From Bacteroidales bacterium (GTDB taxonomy: Bacteria; Bacteroidota; Bacteroidia; Bacteroidales; VadinHA17), in NCBI GenBank assembly GCA_029210565.1, contig JARGFQ010000016.1:2313-66312 (forward strand): DNA of 64,000 nucleotides, read 5' to 3'. A program made the position numbers and the translations under genes. Below, piece by piece: positions 35,773 through 45,513 of the stretch (within the stretch, counting starts at the first letter, position 1; each line of letters starts with the position of its first letter). The notes beneath the pieces were generated by a model. That model searched no databases. It had not been told where the DNA came from and saw only the letters and a program-made list of their open reading frames with translations.

Positions 35773-36897
35773 AAAAAAACACTCCTTCTGCTCTTCTCCG
35801 CCGTGATCGTAAGCGGATGTGCAGGTGACCGTGCAAAAGTCAAGATTGAAAATCCTCTCCCCTTTGACAGGAGTGCGGAGACCGTTGAGATACCCATTAC
35901 CTCAATAGCTGAGAAGCTGCCTGACTTCAACCCATCCGAACTACTGATTACTGACCGCAAGGGAAATGAGATCCCCTCACAACTCATCTATGCCGGAAAA
36001 GCCGAACCGCAGTCGCTGATCTTTCAGTCTGACATGAAGGCCGGCTCCTCCTCGGTATACTTCATCGAAAATGGGACGCCTTCAGATTATGAGGCCAAAG
36101 CCTTTGGGCGGTTTGTTCCCGAGCGAATGGACGACTACACCTGGGAAAATGACCGAATCGCCTTCCGCATATACGGCCCTGCTCTTATTGCCAAGGACGG
36201 TCCCAGCAACGGCCTCGACGTATGGGTCAAAAGGACTGACAGGATGGTTATAGACAGATGGTACTCCGATTATTTGGCAGGGAAGAACAGCTATCATGAT
36301 GATAACGGTGAGGGGTGCGACTCCTACAAGGTGGGACGCACGCTGGGAGCCGGGGCGATGGCCCCCTTCGTTGACGATTCCCTCTGGCTGGGAATCAACT
36401 TCGAAACATGGGAGACACTTGACAATGGCCCGCTTCGCACATCCTTCAGACTGACATATCCTCCGTTTGAGGTTCGCGGCGTGATGTTCACCGAGACCCG
36501 CACCTTCTCACTCGATGCCGGCAGCCAGATGAACCGGGTGACGGAAGAGTTTTCCGGGTTGGACAAGGTCTTTACCGTGGCCGCTGGCATAGTAAAGAGA
36601 GATGAAGGCTCAGCACTGCTCTTTCCCCCGGAAAAAAATGCCATTGCCTACCGCCTCGACGGAGGAGAGGGGGGTATAACATACGTAGGGACTGTCCTGA
36701 CCACCTCCGCCACGGCCGTTCAGGAGAACAGTGAACACCTGATGATCATCACCAGGTACATCCCGGGCACCCCGCTGGTATACTATACCGGTGCAGGCTG
36801 GAGCAAGTGGGGCTTTGAAACTGACGATGCCTGGAAAGATTATATTGACAAATTCTCTCAGAAACTGAGAACGCCTGTCAGGGTGTCATTGAAGTGA
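35770..36897 (+). CDS. DUF4861-family lipoprotein (common in pectin utilisation loci)
   Basis: 375 aa. Lipobox LFSAVIVSGCAG. The family assignment is from sequence recollection only. Confidence 0.6.
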   Translation: MKKTLLLLFSAVIVSGCAGDRAKVKIENPLPFDRSAETVEIPITSIAEKLPDFNPSELLITDRKGNEIPSQLIYAGKAEPQSLIFQSDMKAGSSSVYFIENGTPSDYEAKAFGRFVPERMDDYTWENDRIAFRIYGPALIAKDGPSNGLDVWVKRTDRMVIDRWYSDYLAGKNSYHDDNGEGCDSYKVGRTLGAGAMAPFVDDSLWLGINFETWETLDNGPLRTSFRLTYPPFEVRGVMFTETRTFSLDAGSQMNRVTEEFSGLDKVFTVAAGIVKRDEGSALLFPPEKNAIAYRLDGGEGGITYVGTVLTTSATAVQENSEHLMIITRYIPGTPLVYYTGAGWSKWGFETDDAWKDYIDKFSQKLRTPVRVSLK

Positions 36898-36933
36898 CCG
36901 TCGGCATAAACCATAGACATCGTTACACGTAAT

Positions 36934-37029
36934 GAAACCTACATGAGCAGCATCTTACAAATGAGATTGATTCCCTTATCTCATGTAAGTTCCATTCGAC
37001 CAATGAAATAACAATTACTTATTCGAATG
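36934..37029 (+). repeat. Copy D of the structured leader element
   Basis: GAAACCTACATGAGCAG-N29-CTCATGTAAGTTCCATTCGACCAATGAAATAACAATTACTTATTCGAATG. It ends on the GH105 start codon. Confidence 0.8.
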
Positions 37030-38250
37030 AAAACAAGAGTCATCACTCTCCTTGTCGCCGGCATCACGCTGGCATCACTACTCTCTTCATGCCTGAGCCG
37101 TAGCAATAACCGTGGCACCAGCGAGGCAGGACTTAAATCCCCCCTTTGGTCGGTACGCATGGCGGAATCGGAGATGGTTCGCAACCCTTCACTCTGGATG
37201 GTTGACTTCGTTAAGGTAAAGAAGTGGAACTACACTCACGGACTGATGGGCCTCGCTTTTCTGAGACTCCATGAGGCCACTGGCGACAGCAGGTATTTTG
37301 AATATGCAAAGGGTTATGCCGACTCACTCATCGACGAAAACGGAGTGATCTACAAATACAAAAAGGAAAACTACAACATTGACCATGTAAATCCCGGGAA
37401 AATGATGTTCCTGCTCCATGACCTGACGAAGAATCCGGCATACGAAAAGGTGATACACACTCTCAGGGAGCAGCTCGAATCACAGCCCAGGACTCCTGAG
37501 GGCGGTTTCTGGCATAAGAAGATCTACCCCGACCAGATGTGGCTCGACGGCCTTTACATGGGGGCTCCCTTTTATGCTGAATATGCACTCAGGTATGACC
37601 GGCCGGAGGATTTTCAGGATGTGATCAACCAGTTTCTTATCGCCACAGCGAACACTCATGATCCGGCAACAGGACTCTACAGGCACGCCTTCGATGCCTC
37701 GCGGAAGATGGCATGGGCTGACCCTGTGACCGGGCAGGCGCCTCATGCATGGGGACGGGCCATGGGGTGGCTCTCAATGGCTTTTGTTGATGTGCTGGAC
37801 TTCCTGCCGGAAGATCAGCCCGGCCGGGATGAACTGATTACCATACTACGAACAATGGTTGACAGGCTGGCGGAGATACAGGACCCGGAGACCGGAGGAT
37901 GGTACCAGGTGCTTGACCGGTCGGGTGATCCGGGCAATTACATCGAAACATCCTGCACCTCTATGTTTGCCTATTCCATCTTCAAAGGGGTAAGAAAAGG
38001 ATATCTCGACAGCGACCTCCTTGAAATAGCCATTGAAGCCTATGAAGGGCTCATTGAAAACTTCATTGAGATAGAGGAAAACGGGCTGGTGACATTGACA
38101 AACATTTGCGGTGTGGCGGGACTCGGGGGCGATCCTTACCGCGACGGCTCCTATGAGTATTATATCGGTGAGGTGATACGCGACAATGACCCCAAGGGAG
38201 CAGGACCATTTATCATGGCCAGCCTCGAATATGAAAGACTCTCAAAATAA
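37027..38250 (+). CDS. GH105 unsaturated rhamnogalacturonyl hydrolase (YteR/YesR family)
   Basis: 407 aa with a lipoprotein signal. GH88/105-type motifs WNYTHGLMG, MWLDGLYMG and WGRAMGW. Confidence 0.8.
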   Translation: MKTRVITLLVAGITLASLLSSCLSRSNNRGTSEAGLKSPLWSVRMAESEMVRNPSLWMVDFVKVKKWNYTHGLMGLAFLRLHEATGDSRYFEYAKGYADSLIDENGVIYKYKKENYNIDHVNPGKMMFLLHDLTKNPAYEKVIHTLREQLESQPRTPEGGFWHKKIYPDQMWLDGLYMGAPFYAEYALRYDRPEDFQDVINQFLIATANTHDPATGLYRHAFDASRKMAWADPVTGQAPHAWGRAMGWLSMAFVDVLDFLPEDQPGRDELITILRTMVDRLAEIQDPETGGWYQVLDRSGDPGNYIETSCTSMFAYSIFKGVRKGYLDSDLLEIAIEAYEGLIENFIEIEENGLVTLTNICGVAGLGGDPYRDGSYEYYIGEVIRDNDPKGAGPFIMASLEYERLSK

Positions 38251-38380
38251 GATTCACCGGCCGTAAATAACCGTCATAGCAGGGCAGAACAGTACTGGTC
38301 GTGGAAGACATGCCGGCCCGGGGTCACCATTCCGGCCCGGGGCAAACCCGTTGTCTATCTGAATACCGTGTAATCGGCCA

Positions 38381-39325
38381 CTAGCGCGCGGGCATCCAGC
38401 CATCGTGGCGGGCAAAGACCCTCTCCACCGTGTATCTCTTGACCTCCTTCCTGCTCAGCTGACGGCTCCATGCAACTCTCGACTGCGGGTTGGCCCCCGG
38501 ACCGCTGCTGCGGTACTCGGCATAACGTGCCGTCTTCTCATTGTCAGAATTGTCCCAGTTATGCCAGCCCTCAGGCCTGATATGGTCTCCCAGGTCGCAC
38601 TTTATGAACACCGTGGCAGCAAACGGACGCCAGGGCCGGCCCAGGTAGGCCCGCGTGACACTGTCTGCGGCCGTAAGCCTGCAGCGGTTGAAGATGTAGC
38701 CCTGTTCATGGTCCTCCACCGTTGAGGCGGCAGTGACATAGGAGTTCTTCTTGCTGTGAATGTGACATCTCTCAAACCAGGCGGTTGCCGGTCCGAAGAT
38801 GAAGTCGGTAGTACCCTCAATGTAACACTCCTCATAATACTGTCTGCTCTCCTGGTTGGCCGTCAGCAGCGTATCCTGGTTACCCAGGAACCTGCAGCGA
38901 CGGAAGACAACCCTGTCGGCATCGACATGCACCGCCACCGCCTGCCCCAACTGCTCCGCATTGTTTTCAAAGGTGATATCCTCCGCGGTGAACCCTGATC
39001 CAAGCACCCAGACGGTGTATGTCCTGAAGGTACCCATGTTGCGTATCCTGGCGTGGTCATTCCAGGTGATGACCGTCATGTCCGCGCTCTCCCCCTTCAT
39101 GTAAAGATTTGTAACCCACGAGGGGATAACTATCTTTTCACGGTAGGTGCCGTTCCTGATGAACATGTAAGTGGTGTCTGACATATAAGCCCTGATCGAA
39201 TTGACCGCTTCCTGTACCGAGGTGAATTCGCCGGAACCGTCGGAAGCTACCGTGATATGCCTCGGCTCACTGAAAACAGCAACCGATTGCAACGCGATTG
39301 TAAGCAGGATGGCAAACCTCTTCAT
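38381..39325 (-). CDS. Pectinesterase (CE8)
   Basis: 314 aa with a signal peptide. CE8 motifs GTYRE, QAVAV, QDTL, DFIFG and LGRPW. Confidence 0.9.
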   Translation of the reverse strand: MKRFAILLTIALQSVAVFSEPRHITVASDGSGEFTSVQEAVNSIRAYMSDTTYMFIRNGTYREKIVIPSWVTNLYMKGESADMTVITWNDHARIRNMGTFRTYTVWVLGSGFTAEDITFENNAEQLGQAVAVHVDADRVVFRRCRFLGNQDTLLTANQESRQYYEECYIEGTTDFIFGPATAWFERCHIHSKKNSYVTAASTVEDHEQGYIFNRCRLTAADSVTRAYLGRPWRPFAATVFIKCDLGDHIRPEGWHNWDNSDNEKTARYAEYRSSGPGANPQSRVAWSRQLSRKEVKRYTVERVFARHDGWMPAR

Positions 39326-39413
39326 GTATGCTGCATTATTAGGGAATTAAGACCCTAATTTAGTTTTTTATTATTATTTTTCGAAATCGCTAAAACCTCT
39401 TAACAGAGAAAAA

Positions 39414-40667
39414 ATGAATGAGACCGGCAAATACTCTTTTGGGATCGGAGACAGGTTCTCACACCAGGGTAAAGCACAGCTGCAGGCACTGATGAAGGCT
39501 TCTGCCAACCTTGGGATCCAAATTACACCTGTATGGAATAAGTCAAACAGGGAACATAATATCGTTCATTCCGAGCCGTCTGACACGCGTGCCGAGGCCG
39601 ATGCCGCCGTTCTGGCTCTAGGCTACAACGGCCCCTATTTTGTTGACGCTGACCACATTAACCTGCTAACCGTCGGACGCTTTATCGATCACTCCGATTT
39701 CTTTACCCTTGATGTGGCCGATTATATCGGCAAACAGGCATCGGATACCGATATCGAGGGGTTTGTCGAAGCCCACCGCTCCTATATAGGTGACCTCAGC
39801 ATACCGGGCATAACAGACCGGTTCACCATAACTGAAAATTATCTTAGGGAATTTGCAGGGAAATTTCTCTTTGCCCTTAACGAGGCTGCTGCCATATACC
39901 GTCATATAGCATCGGTGAAAGGCGCAGGGAACTTTGTGACGGAAGTATCTATGGATGAGGTCGACCAGCCGCAGCAACCGCTGGATATGCTATTCATCCT
40001 CAAGGGACTGGCTGACCTCGAAGTACCCTTGCAGACCATAGCTCCCAAATTTACCGGCAGGTTCAACAAGGGAGTCGATTATGAGGGTGACCCGGTCCGC
40101 TTCGGCAAGGAGTTCGAAGAGGACATCCTCGTCATCAGGTATGCCATCAGGATGTTCGGACTGCCTGCTGACCTGAAGCTCAGCGTCCACTCCGGAAGTG
40201 ACAAGTTCTCCATCTACCCGGTCATGGGATCCCTGATAAGAAAACATGACTGCGGACTGCATCTCAAGACCGCCGGCACCACATGGCTCGAGGAGGTGAT
40301 CGGCCTGGCCCTCTCCGGAGGCACTGGCCTCGATCTTGCAAAACTCATCTACCGCAGGGCCTTTGAAAGACGGGAAGAGCTGTGCACACCATATGCCACA
40401 GTCATCGACATCAATCCGGAAATACTTCCCAATCCCGATGAAGTTGAGACATGGGACAGCCGAAAGTATGCAGAGACACTGAGACATGTGCCGGGCAACC
40501 CGAACTACAACCCGAGCTTCCGCCAGCTCATACATGTGGGCTACAAGGTTGCATCCGAACTGGGAGAGCAATATACCGCTGCACTGGAGGTAAACGCCGC
40601 CGTAATAGCCGGATGCGTCACTGAAAACATATATGAAAGACATGTCACCCCGCTATTCAGCGAATAA
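39414..40667 (+). CDS. Tagaturonate/fructuronate epimerase (UxaE-like)
   Basis: 417 aa. The family call rests on recollection of UxaE-type sequences (FGIGDRFSHQGKAQL N-terminus) and on the hexuronate context. Confidence 0.55.
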   Translation: MNETGKYSFGIGDRFSHQGKAQLQALMKASANLGIQITPVWNKSNREHNIVHSEPSDTRAEADAAVLALGYNGPYFVDADHINLLTVGRFIDHSDFFTLDVADYIGKQASDTDIEGFVEAHRSYIGDLSIPGITDRFTITENYLREFAGKFLFALNEAAAIYRHIASVKGAGNFVTEVSMDEVDQPQQPLDMLFILKGLADLEVPLQTIAPKFTGRFNKGVDYEGDPVRFGKEFEEDILVIRYAIRMFGLPADLKLSVHSGSDKFSIYPVMGSLIRKHDCGLHLKTAGTTWLEEVIGLALSGGTGLDLAKLIYRRAFERREELCTPYATVIDINPEILPNPDEVETWDSRKYAETLRHVPGNPNYNPSFRQLIHVGYKVASELGEQYTAALEVNAAVIAGCVTENIYERHVTPLFSE

Positions 40668-40808
40668 TTGCATCTGGTATTCCATGGCACGGGAACAGTG
40701 AGGGCATGATATAACCTCAGAAGAAAAGGTGACAGCTGAATCAGATTCTCGCACCCAATCAAATAAACTGAATGTGTAGCGGCACATATAAGATATTGAA
40801 TACAAGGT

Positions 40809-40855
40809 CTCATGAGGGTTAGATCCGATCAATGAGGTAAATTTTTACGCGAATG
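40809..40855 (+). repeat. Diverged 3-prime half (copy F) of the leader element
   Basis: CTCATGAGGGTTAGATCCGATCAATGAGGTAAATTTTTACGCGAATG aligns with CTCATGTAAGTTCCATTCGACCAATGAAATAACAATTACTTATTCGAATG. Confidence 0.55.
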
Positions 40856-42259
40856 AAAGAATTTATCAATAAAGATTTTCTTCTGCAGAATGATGTGGCA
40901 AGGGCACTCTACCATGATCATTCTTCAGGTATGCCGATAATCGACTATCACTGCCATCTCAGCCCGGAAGCCATCGCAAACGACAGGCGGTTTGAAGATC
41001 TCGGACAGTTGTGGCTTGAGGGCGACCACTACAAGTGGAGGGCTATGAGGGCCAACGGCGTCGACGAAAAATTCATTACCGGTAAGGAGACCTCCTTCCG
41101 CCAGAAGTATGACCGCTGGGCAGAGACAGTACCATTCACCATGCGCAATCCGCTCTATGCCTGGACACACCTTGAGCTGAAACGGGTCTTCGGCGTGAGC
41201 CGTATCTTCAAGCCTGAAACTGCAGCTGAGATATGGGAAGAGTGTACTGAGCTCCTCCGCCAACCGGAATATTCGGCTCGCGGACTGATGAAGAAATTTA
41301 ACGTGGAGACAGTCTGCACAACAGATGACCCGGTCGACTCCCTCGAATATCATAAAGCCATCAGGGAGGGCGGTTTTGAAGTTAAAGTTCTGCCTGCCTG
41401 GCGGCCCGACAAAGCCATGGCGGTCGAAGACCCCGTGACATATAATGACTATATTTCAAGGCTCTCGGAGGTGTCAGACACTAACATCAAAAACTTCGCA
41501 ACCCTTCTTGAGACCCTGCGTAGGCGTCACGACTTCTTTGCCGGCGAAGGCTGCCGCCTGAGTGACCACGGCATTGAACAGTTCTATGCAGATGATTATA
41601 CTGACAGTGAGATAGACGCCATTCTCGGGAAAATCCTTTCTGGTAACCGCCTGAATCAGGCGGAGATTTCCAGGTTCAAATCTGCCATGCTCTATGAACT
41701 TGCCGTCATGGATGCGGAAAAGGGATGGACACAGCAGTTTCACTACGGTGCCATACGCAACAACAATAGCCGTATGTTTGCCAGGCTTGGCCCTGATACC
41801 GGCTATGACTCCATGGGCGACTTCACCGTGGCAAGAGATCTTGCCAGGCTGCTCGACCGGCTCGATGCCGGAGGCAATCTCACGAAGACTATTCTCTACA
41901 ATCTCAATCCCCGCGACAACGAACTGATTGCCTCCATGACCGGCAACTTCCAGGACGGTATTTTTCCCGGAAAGATCCAGTTCGGGGCCGGGTGGTGGTT
42001 CCTTGACCAGGAGACCGGCATGATCAACCAGCTCAATGCCCTCTCGCTGATGGGACTGCTCAGCAGGTTCGTCGGCATGCTCACCGACTCGCGCAGCTTT
42101 ATCTCCTATCCGCGTCATGAGTACTTCCGCAGGATACTCTGCAACATGCTCGGGGAAGATGTCATCAAAGGCAAACTGCCCGAGTCAGAGCTTGATACAA
42201 TAGGGAAAATGGTTGAAAACATCTCATACTACAATGCAAGAGATTTTTTCGGATTCTGA
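40853..42259 (+). CDS. uxaC: Glucuronate isomerase
   Basis: 468 aa. FLLQNDVARALYHDH..PIIDYHCHL N-terminus is typical of UxaC. Confidence 0.92.
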   Translation: MKEFINKDFLLQNDVARALYHDHSSGMPIIDYHCHLSPEAIANDRRFEDLGQLWLEGDHYKWRAMRANGVDEKFITGKETSFRQKYDRWAETVPFTMRNPLYAWTHLELKRVFGVSRIFKPETAAEIWEECTELLRQPEYSARGLMKKFNVETVCTTDDPVDSLEYHKAIREGGFEVKVLPAWRPDKAMAVEDPVTYNDYISRLSEVSDTNIKNFATLLETLRRRHDFFAGEGCRLSDHGIEQFYADDYTDSEIDAILGKILSGNRLNQAEISRFKSAMLYELAVMDAEKGWTQQFHYGAIRNNNSRMFARLGPDTGYDSMGDFTVARDLARLLDRLDAGGNLTKTILYNLNPRDNELIASMTGNFQDGIFPGKIQFGAGWWFLDQETGMINQLNALSLMGLLSRFVGMLTDSRSFISYPRHEYFRRILCNMLGEDVIKGKLPESELDTIGKMVENISYYNARDFFGF

Positions 42260-42282
42260 AATCATCATTCAAAACATAGCTG

Positions 42283-42963
42283 ATGGCCAGGTTCACACGT
42301 ATTCAGACAGTGCTCGCGATGGAGGAGACAGGGCTTGTACCTCTCTTTTACCACAGCGATCCGGAAAAATGCAGGGAGGTTATCTCTGCATGTCATGCCG
42401 GCGGCGCACGACTGTTCGAATTTACCAACAGGGGCGACTTCGCCCATGAGGTGTTCGCCGAGGTTAAGAAATGGGCCGCGGAGCATTACCCTGCGATAAT
42501 AATCGGAGCAGGCTCAGTGGCTGACGCTCCTACGGCTGCCATATTCATGCAGATGGGTGCCGACTTTATTGTCTCCCCCACCCTGAATCCTGACGTGGCA
42601 AGAATATGCAACAGAAGAAAAGTGCTGTGGATCCCCGGATGTGCAACCCTCACAGAGATTTCGCAGGCTGAGGAACTGGGCGCTGAGATAGTAAAGATAT
42701 TTCCCGGTAACGCTGCCGGAGGCCCCTCCTTTGTCAAAGCCGTCAAAGGACCGTCGCCCTGGACCAGCATCATGCCCACAGGAGGCGTAGAACCCACCGA
42801 AGAGAACCTGAAAGAGTGGTTCGATGCCGGCGTGACCTGCGTGGGGATGGGATCAAAATTGATAGCCGACAACCATGTGAAGGAGGCTGCATGGCATGAG
42901 GTCACAGCGAAAGTTAAAGAGACACTTGAACTAATCGGAAAACTGAGGGCTGCAGCTCACTGA
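42283..42963 (+). CDS. eda: KDPG / KHG aldolase
   Basis: 226 aa. Eda-type layout (GARLFEFTNR, IVKIFPG, PTGGV). Confidence 0.85.
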   Translation: MARFTRIQTVLAMEETGLVPLFYHSDPEKCREVISACHAGGARLFEFTNRGDFAHEVFAEVKKWAAEHYPAIIIGAGSVADAPTAAIFMQMGADFIVSPTLNPDVARICNRRKVLWIPGCATLTEISQAEELGAEIVKIFPGNAAGGPSFVKAVKGPSPWTSIMPTGGVEPTEENLKEWFDAGVTCVGMGSKLIADNHVKEAAWHEVTAKVKETLELIGKLRAAAH

Positions 42964-43019
42964 GAAAAGGTGTCGCGGCCAGGTTCACTTAACATATAAC
43001 CACACTTCAAAGCAAAACT

Positions 43020-44552
43020 ATGTCTTCACAAACCACTGATGTGAAAATGACAAACTACAGGTGGGTTATCACCGGGTTGTTGTTTTTCTCCGTTGCCATC
43101 AACTACATGGACAGGCAGGTACTGTCACTCACCTGGAAGGACTTCATTGCACCCGAGTTTCACTGGACAAACAATGATTACGGCACAATCACCGGCCTCT
43201 TCTCGATCTTCTATGCCGTCTGCCTCCTGGTAGCAGGCAGGTTCATCGACTGGATAGACACTAAGAAGGGATTCCTCTGGGCTATAGGCGTCTGGTCGGC
43301 AGGAGCCGTGCTCCATGCTTTCTGCGGCATCGCCACCTCAGGCATCACAGCCGGCAGATGGCTGGTAGGTTTCAATGAGGCACGGGAGATAATAGGCACC
43401 GTGGATGACATCGGCCTGGTGACCAGCGTCAGCGTGACCCTCTTTATCTTCGCACGGTTCGTGCTGGCCCTCGGTGAGGCTGGCAACTTCCCGGCCGCTA
43501 TAAAGACCACCGCTGAGTTTTTCCCGAAAAAAGACAGGGCCTTCTCAACCAGCATCTTCAACTCCGGAGCACAGGTGGGAGCCCTCGTGGCCCCCATAAC
43601 CATCCCCGTGATTGCTGTAAAGTGGGGTTGGGAAATGGCATTCCTGGCTATCGGGGCCATTGGATTCATCTGGATGGGATTCTGGGTCTTTATGTACAAA
43701 AAACCACATGCTCATCCATTGGTGAATAAGACTGAACTTGATTATATCAACCAGGACACAATCGCGGAGACGATTGCCAACAACAATGTGGAGAAGCAGG
43801 AGAAGAAGATGCCATTCTCGCAGTGCTTCAAATACCGGCAGACCTGGGCTTTCGCCTTCGGGAAGTTCATGACTGACGGTGTGTGGTGGTTCTATCTCTT
43901 CTGGACACCGGCATATCTCAGTGATGTATACGGACTTACCTCTGACACCACAATGGCCAAGCTGCTAATATTCGTTCTGTATGCAATCGTCATGCTGTCG
44001 ATCATCGGCGGCTGGCTCCCAAGATACTTTGTCGACAAGCTCGGAATGAATCCCTACGCCGGACGTATGCGCGCGATGCTGATCTTTGCCTTCTTCCCCC
44101 TTCTTGCCCTGCTGGCACAGCCCATGGGACATCTCTCCTACTGGTTCCCCGTAATTATCATTGGCATTGCGGCTGCAGCCCACCAGGCATGGTCAGCCAA
44201 CCTCTTCTCCACTATCGGCGACATGTTCCCGAAATCAGCCATCGCAACCATAACAGGCATAGGTGGCATGGCAGGCGGCTTCGGGGCATTTCTTATCAAT
44301 AAGGGCTCCGGGGTGCTGTTTGACTTCTCATCGGGAAGCACAACCCTGGCTGACGGCACGGTGAGCGTGATGACCAAGGAGCTGCTGGCAGGCGGCGCTC
44401 AGTATCTGACTGAACCAATGAAACTGTTAGGGTTTGAAGGTATTAGGGCTGGCTATTTCATCATATTCTGCATCTGTGCCGTTGCATACCTGATCGGATG
44501 GATTGTGATGAAACTGCTTGTGCCTGTATATAAACCAATTGAAGTTGAATAG
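43020..44552 (+). CDS. MFS transporter, hexuronate (ExuT)-like
   Basis: 510 aa, 12 or more TM segments. INYMDRQVLS motif. Hexuronate context. Confidence 0.75.
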   Translation: MSSQTTDVKMTNYRWVITGLLFFSVAINYMDRQVLSLTWKDFIAPEFHWTNNDYGTITGLFSIFYAVCLLVAGRFIDWIDTKKGFLWAIGVWSAGAVLHAFCGIATSGITAGRWLVGFNEAREIIGTVDDIGLVTSVSVTLFIFARFVLALGEAGNFPAAIKTTAEFFPKKDRAFSTSIFNSGAQVGALVAPITIPVIAVKWGWEMAFLAIGAIGFIWMGFWVFMYKKPHAHPLVNKTELDYINQDTIAETIANNNVEKQEKKMPFSQCFKYRQTWAFAFGKFMTDGVWWFYLFWTPAYLSDVYGLTSDTTMAKLLIFVLYAIVMLSIIGGWLPRYFVDKLGMNPYAGRMRAMLIFAFFPLLALLAQPMGHLSYWFPVIIIGIAAAAHQAWSANLFSTIGDMFPKSAIATITGIGGMAGGFGAFLINKGSGVLFDFSSGSTTLADGTVSVMTKELLAGGAQYLTEPMKLLGFEGIRAGYFIIFCICAVAYLIGWIVMKLLVPVYKPIEVE

Positions 44553-44565
44553 AAACATTTTGAAT

Positions 44566-45411
44566 ATGAATGATTTCAGCGATCTGAAAGGTAAGGTAGC
44601 CGCTGTCACCGGCGGCAGCGGGGTGATAGGACAGACACTGGTGAAAGGACTCTGCAGTGCCGGGGTGACGGTAATAATACTTGACATCAACCCTGCAAGA
44701 GGTGCTGTCACGGCTGCCGAGATGGTCAAAAGACCCGACTGCAGCGTGGCAGCAGCCATAGGTGCCAGCGTCACCGACAGGGAGTCGCTCCTCAAGGCTC
44801 GCGAGGAGATAAGATCAGCTTTCGGCTCACTCGACATACTCATTAACTGCGCAGGAGGTAACAAAGCCTCGGCAACAACCGCCAGGGAGTTCATCACCCG
44901 AGACAACAAGGACCTTGGCGGAAGCTTCTTTGACCTTGACATAGAAGGATTTGATGGGGTTTTCGACCTGAACTTCAAGGGCACGGTGCTCCCCTCAATG
45001 ATCCTCAGCGAGGATATGGTCAGAAAAGGCAGCGGGGTGATCCTGAACATATCCTCCATGAACGCCTACAGGCCTCTGACAAAGATACCTGCCTATTCGG
45101 CTGCCAAGGCTGCCATCAACAACTTCACCCAGTGGCTGGCAGTGCACTTTGCTCCGGCAGGCGTGAGGGTCAACGCCATCGCACCCGGATTCCTGCTGAC
45201 AAACCAGAACCGCTTTCTGCTTACCGAGGAGCAGACGGGCGAGATGACTCCCCGCGGGAGGAAGATCATCAATGCCACCCCCATGGGTCGCTACGCGGAG
45301 CCCGAAGAGCTGGTGGGAACCATGCTCTACCTCCTCTCGGAGACCTCTTCGTTCGTCACCGGCGTGGTCATACCTGTCGACGGAGGATTCAGTGCCTACA
45401 GCGGGGTGTAA
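44566..45411 (+). CDS. SDR-family oxidoreductase (UxuB-type fructuronate/mannonate reductase candidate)
   Basis: Starts MNDFSDLKGKVAAVTGGSGVIG. YSAAK catalytic motif. The track ORF starts too early, inside the MFS gene. Confidence 0.7.
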   Translation: MNDFSDLKGKVAAVTGGSGVIGQTLVKGLCSAGVTVIILDINPARGAVTAAEMVKRPDCSVAAAIGASVTDRESLLKAREEIRSAFGSLDILINCAGGNKASATTAREFITRDNKDLGGSFFDLDIEGFDGVFDLNFKGTVLPSMILSEDMVRKGSGVILNISSMNAYRPLTKIPAYSAAKAAINNFTQWLAVHFAPAGVRVNAIAPGFLLTNQNRFLLTEEQTGEMTPRGRKIINATPMGRYAEPEELVGTMLYLLSETSSFVTGVVIPVDGGFSAYSGV

Positions 45412-45513
45412 TTGAACAAAATGGGCCTGAAGACATTATTTATGATGAATCCTTAAGTCACTAACCCTTTCGCGGGGCATGAGAATGCACGCAGGATCAG
45501 ACTGGCTTATGTT

